DNA of 64,000 nt from Octopus sinensis (lineage: Eukaryota). The position numbers and the translations under genes were made by a program. The notes under the pieces are model-generated. The model was not told the origin of the DNA. It saw nothing but the letters and a program-made list of their open reading frames with translations, and did not search any database. Positions 12,642 to 25,178 of the stretch are shown here, in pieces; the first letter of the stretch is position 1, and each line of letters begins with the position of its first letter. Location: contig NC_043006.1 of NCBI RefSeq assembly GCF_006345805.1, positions 67,518,001-67,582,000 on the forward strand, given 5' to 3'.

Positions 12642-13499
12642 TCCATATGGCCATATACCCAGGTTTATTCCCCCTTTTTTAGGGGAGGGTAGCCACAACA
12701 AGACACACACACACCAGGCATTCCATTTGTTTCCCAGCCCAAAGGGACGAGCCCCATTCTATGCTCGGATCAAGGCATAGAATGCAACCCCTAATATCAG
12801 CAGCGGGGCCCGACAGCATATGCTGGTTTACACTGCCGCATCATGCTGGTTCTGTACCCCTTTGGGCAACATCAAAATTCACTCATCCATTCACAAACAC
12901 TCTCCAAACTTTTCTATTGTTTATAAACTTCCTTGCCACTCTCACTCCAACACCTCTAACTACCAAAGCTCTCCTCACTCCATCCATCCTTCTCCTCATC
13001 ATCACACTCACTATCTCTCTCCTCTTTACCTCACTTGTACTACACCCACGCACATTCCATGACGCTAGTACTAGGATGAGATTCAGTGTTAACCTTTTCC
13101 CACCCCCTTGTCTTTTTCTTGCTGCCTTTTTAGGAATATAGACTTACTAGGAGGAGAGGATTCCCAGTCCCCTCGCTTCAGCCCATTTTAGTCGCCTTTT
13201 ACGCCACGCAAGGAATACGGCGACTGCATTCTACCGATCCCTCCACCCAGTCTCAGGGGGTGGGTTTGCTGGTTAACCCACAGCTGGGACCCTTACAGGT
13301 GCCACCACTCTGACACCTGTAAGGCACCTGGGAACAATAGGTCTACTCTGACACCAGAGTAGACATGGGAACAATAGTGGCTAAGAGGTGGTTCCAGACT
13401 TCTCAAACCCTGAAACCAGGGCCCAGGGGTCCCTCTACCGGATGTAGTTAATAGCCATACCCAGGACTGCTATTAGATAAATAAAGGATATATTTTAAA
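12642..13499 (-). mobile_element. Short internally deleted RTE-clade element (non-autonomous), flanked by an 11-bp direct repeat
   Basis: The minus frame 13143-12883 has no stop and fuses the APE start (LASWNVRGCSTSEVKRREIVSVMMRRRMD) to an RTE C-terminus (MDGVRRALVVRG...NRKVWRVFVNG*). AATTAGACAGA occurs at 12631-12641 and 13500-13510. Confidence 0.7.
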
Positions 13500-13760
13500 A
13501 ATTAGACAGAATAGGCGTGGCTATGTGGCAAGAAGTATGCCTCCCAACCACATAGTTCCAGGTCGTTGATTTGCTACGGATGACGAAGCGCAGGAAGTGG
13601 TACAATTCGCGACCAGCCAAAAACCTTCTTCTCCATGAACCGCTGGAAGAAGTTGTATCGAATAGCAGAGAGACTATGTCGATAAAAATGATGGAATTGT
13701 CCAACGCTTGCTTTTGTTTTAATAAATTACAAAAACAAGACTGCATATAATTTCTGACAT

Positions 13761-13763
<3 letters not shown>

Positions 13764-13826
<63 letters not shown>

Positions 13827-13921
13827 ATGTCTGAGTCTGTATGAGTGGGTGAGTGTGTATTATTCTTAACATTCAGCAAATATATGTTGTGCATGTCTTT
13901 GTTCAACTGAAATGAAGATGG

Positions 13922-13969
<48 letters not shown>

Positions 13970-14009
13970 TGCATACATACATACATACATACATACATAC
14001 ATACATACA

Positions 14010-14040
<31 letters not shown>
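13764..14040. repeat. (TG)n and (CA)n/(TACA)n microsatellites
   Basis: Direct inspection. Confidence 0.95.
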
Positions 14041-14481
14041 GTGCATGTGTGTATACATATAGCTTATATAAATATATATAATCGTTTTCTTCGAACATCA
14101 AAAACAAAAGCGAAGTCTCACATGTATTACAAGCAAAGAAAGAAAACAAATCATTCAGTAATTTATAAATATCTAATTAGGAACAACATTAAAAATACAT
14201 TAATTTTAATATATAACAAGGTATTAGCAATACTTTTGTTTTAAAAACTGATGTATTATGAGAATACGAAACATTTAAATAACTTAGAAGTATTTAATAC
14301 AAACATTAAAAAGCATTAATTATAAAGCGGCGGTGATGTATTCAGTTCATTAAAAATTATGTACTTCCTCCGTTTGCAATCAACGTTGTGGCAGCTCTGT
14401 AGTAAATGATAATTAAGTTCTTAAAATAATTAATAACAACAAAGGCTGCATTAATACCAACAGGTATTGTTTATCCCAGCT

Positions 14482-15425
14482 AAGGCGGCGAGCTGGCAGA
14501 AACGTTAGCACGCCGGGCGAGATGCTTAGCAGTATTTCGTCTGTCTTTATGTTCTGAGTTAAAATTCTACCGAGATCGACTTTGCCTTTCATCCTTTCGG
14601 GGTCGATAAATTAAGTACCATGTACGCACTGGGGTCGATGTAATCGACTTAATCCGTTTGTCTGTCCTTGTTTGTGCTCTCTGTGTTTAGCCCTTGTGGG
14701 TAGTAAAGAAATAGGTATTTCGTCTGCCGCTACGTTCTGAGTTCAAATTCGGCCGAGGTCGAATTTGCCTTTCATCCTTTCGGGGTCGATAAATTAAGAA
14801 CCAGTTGCGTACTGGGGTTGATCTAATCGACTGGCCCGCTCCTCCCTAAAATTTCGGGCCTTGTACCTAGAGTAGAAAAGAATATGTGAAATATAGAAGG
14901 CGGCAAGCTGGCGGAAACGTCAGCACGTCGGGTGAAATGCTTAGCGTTGTTTCGTGTGTCTTTACGTTCTGAATTCAAATTCTGTCGAGGTCGACTTTGC
15001 CTTTCGTCCTTTCGGGGTCGATAAATTAAGTACCAGTTGCGTACTGGTGTCGATCTAATCGACTGGCCCCCTCCCCAAAAATTTGGGGCCTTGTGCCTAG
15101 TGTAAAAAAGAATATTTATTCCCGGTTCAAGGTAGCGAGCTGAAAGAATCGTTAACACACTGGACGAAATGCTTCATTACGTTTTGAGTTCAAATTCCGC
15201 CGATGTCGACTTTGCCTTTCATCTTTTCGGGGGTCGATAAAATAATTACCAGTTGAAGTGCTACAGCTACAAGGCCTGAAATTTTGGCGGTTGGAGCTAG
15301 TCGATTACATCGACCCCAGCACGTCACTGGTACTCGACCTCGAAAGGATGAAAGGCAAAGTCGACCTCGGAGGAATTTGAACTCAGAATGTAGCGACGAG
15401 TGAAATACCGCCATTTGGCCTGCCG
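14482..15425. mobile_element. Cluster of about 5 SINE family B copies or fragments in both orientations
   Basis: Repeated TTGCCTTTCATCCTTTCGGGGTCGAT on + (about 14580, 14765, 15000, 15210) and its reverse complement at about 15345. Confidence 0.85.
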
Positions 15426-16035
15426 TGCCAATGCTTCTTAAATAACAGTAGAAAAAGAAACCCTGGCTGTTCGTTGGACTCTTCAAAGCCAATATTTACA
15501 ACCTTCAAACCAAGAATTGTGTCACATTTTCTCGAAACTTTATAAATTCCTTTGAGGTCAACGACATATAATTCTCGATGTAAGAATAGAGTTTCTAAAA
15601 TGAACAAAGCAATTCGGCGGATTGCTTTTCTCTAATAGTAGAACGCCTGTCATATTTACAGATGTAGGTTCGAGTTTCACAGACAAGCCATCGACTTATT
15701 TTATCCAAATAAATGACAAAAGAACAAGAATTACACAATCAACTTCAGTAGCTTACAGCTGTTTCTGACATTAGAAGTAGTGCTCTCAGAGGTGAGTGTT
15801 TGTGCATCATCTTCTAGTTTCCTCAAAGCTTCTAAAATGAAGGCTATAAGGTGATGCACAAGCATCATCCTGTTCCCTTGTCATATATTTAATTTCATAT
15901 TGTTCATATTACTGCTCTATACTCGACCAACGCTTTATTCTGAAGAGGAAAAAGTACATTAAGTTCTAGTACTTGGTTGTTTGTAACGCTATATCTCAAC
16001 AAAATTTTAATATATATACATACATACATTTATGC

Positions 16036-16094
<59 letters not shown>

Positions 16095-16149
16095 CCAATG
16101 TACATATATAAAAGACAGATACCAACGTGCAAAGGTATATATATATATA

Positions 16150-16575
16150 TATAGCCTTTTCTTTTATATTTTTGACTGCGGCCATGCTGGAGCACCGCCT
16201 TCAGTCGAACAAGTCGACTCCAGGACTAATTCTTTATAAGCCTAGTACTTATTCTATCGGACTTTTTTGTCGAACCGCTAAGTGACAGGGAATGTAAACG
16301 CACCGGCATCGGTTGTCAAGCGATGGTTGGTGGACAAACACCGACACATATACACACACACACACACACACATACATACATACATACATACATACATACA
16401 TACATACATACATACATACGACGGGCTTCTTTCTGTTTCCGCCTGCCAAATCCACTCACAAGACTTTGGTCGGCCCGAGGCTATAGTAGAAGACACTCTC
16501 CCAAGGTGCCATGCAATGGGACTGAACCCGGGAACATGTGGTTGGTAAGCAAGCTACTTACCACACAGCCACTCC
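16150..16575 (-). mobile_element. SINE family A
   Basis: Reverse complement of the family A layout. Confidence 0.85.
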
Positions 16576-16639
16576 TTTCTATACCGCGTACTGAAACACG
16601 CACGCACGCCCATACACACACACAAGCAGAGATGACAAG

Positions 16640-16674
<35 letters not shown>

Positions 16675-17010
16675 GGGGGAAAGAGAACGTCTGCCGTCAA
16701 AAACGTTCCAATGGCGTCATTTGTTTTTAACGTTTTCAGATTTCAAATGTTGATTTACAACATAGAAAGAACTTCGCCAAACTTGATTTTTTTTGGGTTT
16801 TCTTTCTGGGTTTTTTTTTTTTCACTTTTACTTCAGCTTTATTATTTCAATCAATAATATTTACAATTAAAAACTAATATTCAAATGAAACAAAAAAAAA
16901 GAAAAGAAGAAAAAGATATAAGCAACGAAAGAAATGGAGTGGGGGAGGCAGATTTCTGTAGTCTACACGATAAAAACAAACCTTTACATTCATACACACA
17001 CACACATACA

Positions 17011-17200
17011 CACACTTTCAGAGAATAGGACGTATTTGTATCTGTATGTGTGCGTTTATGTGCTATACAAACGCATAAACACATACACACACACACACAC
17101 ACATACACACACACACACACACACACTTTCAGAGAATAGGACGTATTTGTATCTGTATGTGTGCGTTTATGTGCTATACAAACGCATAAACACATACCAC
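17011..17200. repeat. 111-bp tandem duplication bounded by (CA)n
   Basis: CTTTCAGAGAATAGGACGTATTTGTATCTG... starts at 17015 and again at 17126. Confidence 0.9.
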
Positions 17201-19380
17201 ACACACACACACATACACACACCTATATACTCATACAAACGCTCACACTCTAACACACGTACATACGCGTACAAAACGGAAAGAAACAAAATCCAACGTA
17301 CACATATGTAGACACACATATAAACGCATACATTAATTCACACACTAACACTCACACACCATATATGCAATGTACACACACGTCCACATTGCCAAGCACA
17401 CTTACACACAAGCGCGCAGATGCGGATACGTATGTATATATGTGTATACACATGTGTGCTTACACGAACACTTAAGCATATGCACACACACACACACACA
17501 CACACACAAATATAAACACATACAACCATACACATATTGAAGCAAACGCTCATAATCGAACGCACACCCACATACAACTCACACACGCATGCACGCACAT
17601 ACACACACACACATGTACGCACAAAATCACGCGAAACACCAAGTTCCAAACACAACACATATACATATAAATACTCACATATTCACGAACACATATAAAC
17701 ACACATTTTTTAACATACACACATACGCATACGTGTATGCACATACACACACACATACAAATACATATACGCACATACGCGCACACACACACATATACAC
17801 ACACAATTTACACATTTCAAAATAAATTCAAGATGTCCGTGGAGTAAACAGAAACTTTTACACAAAACATGTCTGCACTTTTTTATGCGAAAACGGAGTG
17901 TAAATTCAAAATGACGAACTGAAGACGAGATGATAACATGGAAATACTGTGACAAAATATGAAGGATTTCCAGCTAACTATTGTTGCTGTTACTGTTGAA
18001 GATTGTGCCATTCTGGTGGTTATATGAAATTGTTCGTATGCAAAGAGTTGCCATCTTCCTTTGGATTATATACACTTTGAGATCTACGTTCCACAAATTT
18101 AAGATATTTTCAGTTATCGCATTCCGTTATTTTATATATAGTTATATAAACATATCCATACATACATACATACATACATATATACATATATATAAATTAA
18201 CATATATACATATTGACATATAGTTTTATTCATATGCATGTATATATGCAAATGTATATGTGTAATATATATTTTGTAATATGAAATTATATGCACAAAT
18301 TACATAATTATATCAACAGGATCATTCGTATGATTATATTCACTTGATGACTTGTACTACTTTCATGTATCATTTTTGCTTACAAACAGTTCCCAAACTT
18401 TGACAGAAATTACCTATTATTATTATCATCATTTTCTTCTTTATCATTATCATTATTATTAATATTATTAATATTATTAGATTTAAGTATTCTTATCTAC
18501 ATTGCGTGCTTTCGGTATACGACCAAGCACAGTTCTCCGTGTCTTAAAAATTCCTGGTGCTTTTCTTCTTTGTCTTATATTAATATTTGCAATATTATAG
18601 AAGGCACACCTTCTTTTCTGAACAGTGCTGTTTCTTGTGTTGCATATTGCTGCTGACATCATTATTATTAATATTGCTATTGTCATGTTATATCATTATT
18701 GTTACTATTATTATTAACATTATTATTATCATCATTATTACATATGTTGTTCAGCACCAATGACATTTGAAGAAACTCGGGAAAATTTTTTTTCCCATTT
18801 TTAAAATTACAAGACGAAAACAAAACATAACGAAAGAAAAAAAAAACGAAAAGTAAATATAACAATTGTAACAACATACACACATACATATATATTTACA
18901 TATACATATATATACACATATATATATATGTAATAGTGTATGCATAGACATATATATATACATATATATATGTATATATATAACCATACATACGATAGAT
19001 ACTCAAATACGAAAGTAATCTGTATTATTTATTTCTACTTTATGTATAACTTATATTTGTATATATGTGTGTGTTTTCGAGTTATGTGCAATCAGTACAA
19101 AAAATATATTTAGAAAAAGATACGGGATCAATATCAAATGTATAATATATATAAACATTAATGAAATACAGATAATATGTATGTATCATATATATATAGA
19201 TAATGTATATTTAGAAAAATATAAATCAATTTTATATATGTACATATGTGTGTGTGTATATATACATATATACATATTTAACAATATATGTGAAATAATA
19301 TAATCAGTATATGAAAGCAATATATATTGTGTGTGTGCGTGTTTGTGTGTGTGTATGTGTGTGTGTGTAAATAAGGTGAA

Positions 19381-20521
19381 ATGGGCTCCTGTTTATGCTG
19401 TCGTCGGTTGAATCCATCGCGGATCAATTCAGTTTCTAACCTCAGTCATTATTCGATCGCCTGTGGGCTTCTGAAATGTAGTAGAAACAGGAAAAGTGAG
19501 TTGAAAGGAGGAAGTAAAGACGGGTCTGATCAGTTGTGCAATTTGGATAATTCCGGAGACGCGGTGAACTTCACTGCAAATACAGCCACGAGTAGTGTTT
19601 CTAGTCGCACTGTCAGCGAAACAACGGTCGTTGCTGTGTCTTGTGGTAACGATACAAAGGATAAGGGCGATGGCCATGATGCTACCCACACTAAGGGCGA
19701 CCGCGATGAAAGAATCATATGTGATGATAAAATCAACGACAGAGAATCAGATGTGCTCAAAAAAGACATACTACGCGACCAAGAATCGACCATGTTACCG
19801 ACAGATGTCCTGTCGCAGTCGGAGAAAGCAGTCGGGGATGCCATATCTATCAACAGAAACACAGATACGCAGATGCAGCCAAAGACAAGCGGTCAAACCA
19901 AAGTTGAACCGAAAATCAATCTCGGCGATAGTTACGAAACGAATTGTGATACGAAAATTCCCCCCAAAGGTAGAGTAAATTTCATGACAAACAAAATAAA
20001 TAACTTTGTCGAAGACGTCATTCATATCATTAATTCGGGTGATGTTGTGAGTGTAAAGAACACTGTCGACAAACAAACAGCGCCGTCCGGTTCGGATGCA
20101 CAGAATGATATTGTAACCCAGCTACCGAACAATCCAGAATTGAATTCCTGTTTAAAGCATGAGACTGCATTAAAAGACTTTCTCCTTGGCCCAGATACAA
20201 ATAAAGATCTAGACAAGGAAATCAATCCAGATTTGGATACGATTTCTGCTTCTGATATATCTTTAGAAGACAATGATCAGAGAAACAGTGGTCAGAAGAA
20301 GAGAAATTTGGAAATTCTTGGCAACGACACCAAACTCTTCAGATCGAAAGAAACACCACGACTACAATTGTACCAACAACCTCAATTACAAGAGACACAA
20401 CAAATGCAACAACAACAGCGACTAAGCGATCCTTCAGATACGAAACGTCTTCTTTCACCGTCATTAGTTTCTCCACCATCGCCACCATTATCGATATTAC
20501 CAAAAACACCAACAAAAAACG

Positions 20522-20553
<32 letters not shown>

Positions 20554-21426
20554 ACAGAAACAACAACGGTGACAGGATCGAACGAAAGAACAGTAACAAC
20601 AACGCCACCCGTGTCGAAAATAACAACCAAAATATCTTCAAAAGCTACAAAGGCACCTGCGAAAACACAAACGTCAACAAATGAAATGGCGACCACATCG
20701 ATAACATCAGCAATAGCGGATGCAGTCAAAACTGCGGCGAGCAAAGCGGAAGCGGAAGCAAAAGCGATCGCTGAAAGTAACAGGAAAATAGAGAAGAGAT
20801 CGTTTGCCAAGTTACACGGGAAAGCTGATCTTGAGAAACAGACGACTGAGAAACCAACAAGGAAAGGCCCACGGAGGGGAGTGATAAAACTGAAAGAGGG
20901 TGGGAAGTATCAGAGAGAAGTCACTAAGCGGGAACATAGTGGTGGTAGTAGCGATGGTGGTGGTAATTGCGTTACCAATGGTGATATTAGTAATGGCATT
21001 CATAGTAGATATGATCATTTTGCTGGTGGCGGTGGTCTTCGTCGTATTGATGGGGGTGATAGTAGCAGTCGTAGTAACAGTACTAGTTGTAGTAGCAGCA
21101 GCAGTAGTAGTAGTAGTAGTGATAGTAGTAGTAGTAGTAGTAGCAGCAGCAGCAGCAGAACTACCACTTCCAGTTGTAGTGACTACAGTAGTGGCGGTAT
21201 TGGGGGGGTTAATCATCAAAGAGGTGTCAATGGTGACGATGTTTTGATTATCCGCAGTAGTAGGAGGAGTAGTAGTAATAGTAGTAGTAGAAGTGGTAGT
21301 AGTAGTAGTAATAGTAGTAGCAGCAGCAGCAGTAGTAGTGATGGTGGTGCTGGTAGTAGTAGAGTGGTTAAGCATGCTAGTTTTAGGAGTACCAAGCGTC
21401 GAAGTCGACAGGATGCCGGTGATGAC

Positions 21427-21506
<80 letters not shown>

Positions 21507-21615
21507 TAGTAGTGTAGTAGTAGTAAGGAAATTAAAAATAAAAGCAGTAGTAGTAGTAGTAGTTGTAGTAATAGTAGTGGTGGTGGTAGTAGTAGTAGTG
21601 GTGGTAGTAGTAGTG

Positions 21616-21648
<33 letters not shown>

Positions 21649-21945
21649 AGTGTAATAATAATAAAAGTAATAGTATTGATAGTATTAGTTGTGGCCTTTG
21701 TAGTAGTAGTAGTAGCAGTAGTAGTAGTGTTTGTAAAAGTAAAAAAATTAATTGTGTTAGTAGTGGTGGTGGTGGCGGCGGTGATGGCGGCGGCGACGGT
21801 GGTGGTGGTGGTGGTGACAATAGCAGTGGTGGCGGTGGTGACGGGGATCATGGCGGTAGTGGTGGTGAAGATGTTAGTAGTAGTGCTTTTGCTACACCGA
21901 CCAATACCTGTAGCACATGTAGCAGTAGTGACCATTGCGAGGAAG
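19381..21945 (+). CDS. Large coding exon of an uncharacterised low-complexity (Ser/Gly/Thr/Ala-rich) protein with an N-terminal MGSCLCC motif; probable 1-nt deletion at 21513/21514
   Basis: 711 codons without a stop from the ATG at 19381, about 520 of them non-repetitive, in AT-rich DNA. After the missing A the Ser/Gly frame stays open to 21995 and passes a consensus donor AAG|GTAAGG at 21945/21946. No known domain was recognised. Confidence 0.6.
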
Positions 21946-22092
21946 GTAAGGAAGAGGAGGTGGAGGTGGAGGTTGAGAAAAAGGCAGAGGGGTAGAAGGG
22001 TGGAAGGCTGAGATACCAATGCGAGTTTAGAAACACGGACAGTAAGGGCCAAAGTTGAAAATATGTATGTATACATATATGCACACATGTAT

Positions 22093-22149
<57 letters not shown>

Positions 22150-22152
<3 letters not shown>

Positions 22153-22267
22153 CTTTACTACCCACAAGCGGCTAAACGTAGAGCGTACAAACAAGGACAG
22201 ACAAAGGGATTAAGTCGATTACATCGACCCCATTGTGTAACTGGTACTTAATTTAACGACCCCGAAA
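22150..22267 (-). mobile_element. SINE family B 3' fragment
   Basis: Reverse complement of the family B tail. Confidence 0.75.
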
Positions 22268-22828
22268 GATATATACAGCGCTAGAGAGACAGGCGAAGAC
22301 AGAAATATATATATATATATAATATATGTACATATATAGATAGATAGATATAAGCATTGCGTATATATACATATATATGTATATATATGACAATGTACAT
22401 ATATACATATATATAGATATATATATAGACATATACATTTATGTATATATATATGTGTGTGTGTGTGTGTGCGTGTGTGTGTTTGTGTGTGTGTGTGTGT
22501 GTGTGAGTGTGTGTATATTAAAAAGCGTGTCGTCTGCTCAGTTGAATAACCTTCCTTCAATGGAGAATGGCTTTTATTTTCAATTCTCCTTTTGTTTTTG
22601 TTTTTTATTGGTCGATATTTTGATGAAACATCACAAAATCATGCATCTGTTGCTAAGTTCCAAGCCAACCTTGATCAAACGGCCCTATGATCAAATACGC
22701 TCTAATCGTGACCATCTCATCTGTGTTCGGAGATTTTGAGCTACATTAACGTAGCTTTTGCGAGTGTGTGTGTGTGTGTGTGCGTATGTGACTGTATTTT
22801 TGTCTTTGTTTTCCTTTTCATGACGTAG

Positions 22829-22884
22829 ATGATGAAGGAGCAGCGCCCGTGATCCTTTACAGAGGTCTCCTCTGCAATGACTAG
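22829..22884 (+). CDS. Putative terminal coding exon of the 19381 gene
   Basis: Pyrimidine tract TTTTGTCTTTGTTTTCCTTTTCATGACGTAG, then a phase-1 compatible frame (G|AT): DDEGAAPVILYRGLLCND*. Confidence 0.35.
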
Positions 22885-23792
22885 ACTGATGAAAAGAAGT
22901 TATATTTAGATCAGTGATTTGGCCTGAACGCCTACATCAGACAGAACACCGATAGACACTCAAAAGCACGTGGTTGTGTTAAACAAATGACTAGATTAAA
23001 TCTGTCACCCAAAGACTGAAGCAGTCTCTCTTGTGGATTACCGCACAATTTCCATCCACCAAATTACACGCACAAGTGTCTTTCTTTTGGTCGAACAGAA
23101 AATTAGCTATAAAACACTTGATGAAGGTGCCACGCTGTGAGATCGTACCCAAAACTATGTTGAGGCTAAGGGAAGATGATACCTAAACCACACAGATATG
23201 CCTGGGATGACCGTGGCGATTGCTTTGAGAGATATTTGTCTGCTATTTCTAACAGGTCGAGTGATAATGTATAGACTACCTCGATAGCTAGTGGAATTGC
23301 AATGAAATTTAAGAGTGAAGTTACAAAGCAAGCTGTCTGTTTTATTGATGATATTTTCTCAGTATTAAAACACTTGTATTATGAGCTAAAATGGCTGACA
23401 TTATCGTCTGCTCTTTTGATAATATTCTTTCTCTTTATCAAAGTGACAAAATACAACAGAAATGATTGAAAGTGTAAGATCGGTTTTATTGATAATTATA
23501 ATTAATTTTTGTGACATCAAATAAAAAAAAATCAAATGTGTAAAAGACATAATTAAAATGTTAATATCCATCATATTGTTGTTCTATTTCTTACATGAGA
23601 ATAACAATTTCCTTACTGCTTTCAGTTATTGGAATGCAACAATGCTGAAGTATTAACTTCGGAGTGGATTTTAGTCGATTTTATTAACCCCACTTCTTTT
23701 ATCGACTTCTATATACCAAATGGCGAAACCCACGGACTAAATATCATAAGGCATTTTAGTTTGGTATACCGATTTATCTGACTCCCTTCACC

Positions 23793-23880
23793 GATACATA
23801 CATACATACATACATACATACATACATACATACATACATACATACATACATACATACATACATACATACATACATACATA
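23793..23880. repeat. (ATAC)n microsatellite
   Basis: Direct inspection. Confidence 0.95.
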
Positions 23881-24702
23881 GCTACTTAATTCATAAGCTA
23901 CAAATGGCTGCGATATCTGAAGCTATCAAAATTTGTAAAATTCTCTTATGATTCAAAAGATGAACATTTACACAAAAATCGCTGTCAATTTCCTTTTCTT
24001 TACAACCATGGTGGCCAGTCCTTACTTGCAACCGATGCGGTCAGTTAAAAACAAGCTAAAAATTAAGAGTAAGAGTGAATACATATATACATATGTATCT
24101 ATAGCTCTCTCTCTCTCTCTTTTTCTATCTATCTACCTATCTATCTATCTATATATATATATATATATAATTCTTTAATATTCTTTAATGGTTTGATGAT
24201 GGCTCAGCTACCAGAAACTTTAAAGTCATAGTCAATTCTGTTCTTGTTAAGGAATAAATTTGTACTCTACCAAATGTAATGATTAATCCTTCATACACAC
24301 TCACACACTTACATATATATATAATATATATATATAGATATATATATATATATACATAAAAACATTTCATCATTAATTAAAATCTTAGGGTAGCAAGAAT
24401 ATTCATAGAAAAATTCTTAGTTACCAGTGGTCTAGCGAGAAAGAAAAGATTAGTCAATAGACTATATATTATTCAAAGAAGAATACAGTGTACGTTCAAA
24501 CACAAAAGAGATACCCGAAGAATAGGATATCTGACTCGCTAGAAAGAGCAGTTAAAACTCCAAGCCACCAATTGTTGTAATTCCCAAAGTGATTGGAAAA
24601 TAAAAACTTTTACCTTAATCCTAGACCCTGCAAGGTTTCTGCAGACTTAAATACAGACTGAAATAAAATAACCTCAGCCTATATCTGTGTGTGTGTGTGT
24701 GT

Positions 24703-24746
<44 letters not shown>

Positions 24747-24747
<1 letters not shown>

Positions 24748-24945
24748 GCAAATTTGTTGTTGAAAATGCACCTAATTTTGAAAAACTTGTAATTGTTTTT
24801 AAAATACATTTATTTACATATATACCAAAATAGTTTCAATAATATTTTTTTGCTTATCAATGGTAAGAATTTAAAATTAAATTTATTTTAAACAATTACA
24901 AGGTTTTTAAAATTAGGTGCATTCACTTTCAACAACAAATTTGCC
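24747..24945. mobile_element. TA-flanked MITE with TIRs of about 60 bp
   Basis: TA|GGCAAATTTGTTGTTGAAAATGCACCTAATTTT...AAAATTAGGTGCATTCACTTTCAACAACAAATTTGCC|TA. Confidence 0.8.
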
Positions 24946-25121
24946 TATATTTTTTCCTACTTGGAAATACATCCCCTCTTTATATATATAATATATATAT
25001 GGCCGCAGTCTAATGACTGAAACAAGTAATAGATAAAAGACACACACACACATATATATATATACACACATCAGTATATTTATATATATATATATACGTC
25101 AGTATACATATATATATATTC

Positions 25122-25178
<57 letters not shown>

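Noticed and set aside
18483-18760. 67-aa minus-strand ORF resembling a secreted peptide precursor (MTIAILIIMMSAAIC...KRR), and an alternative Asn-rich frame ending KKVCLL*
   Set aside because: The hydrophobic start is an off-frame reading of an (AAT)-rich tract. CLL* is one residue short of a CaaX box. No convincing splice sites or homology were found.
21514-22011. Poly-Val 'transmembrane' C-terminus of the 876-aa ORF
   Set aside because: Best explained as the shifted frame of a Ser/Gly tract after a 1-nt deletion. The alternative frame is compositionally continuous and has a consensus donor.
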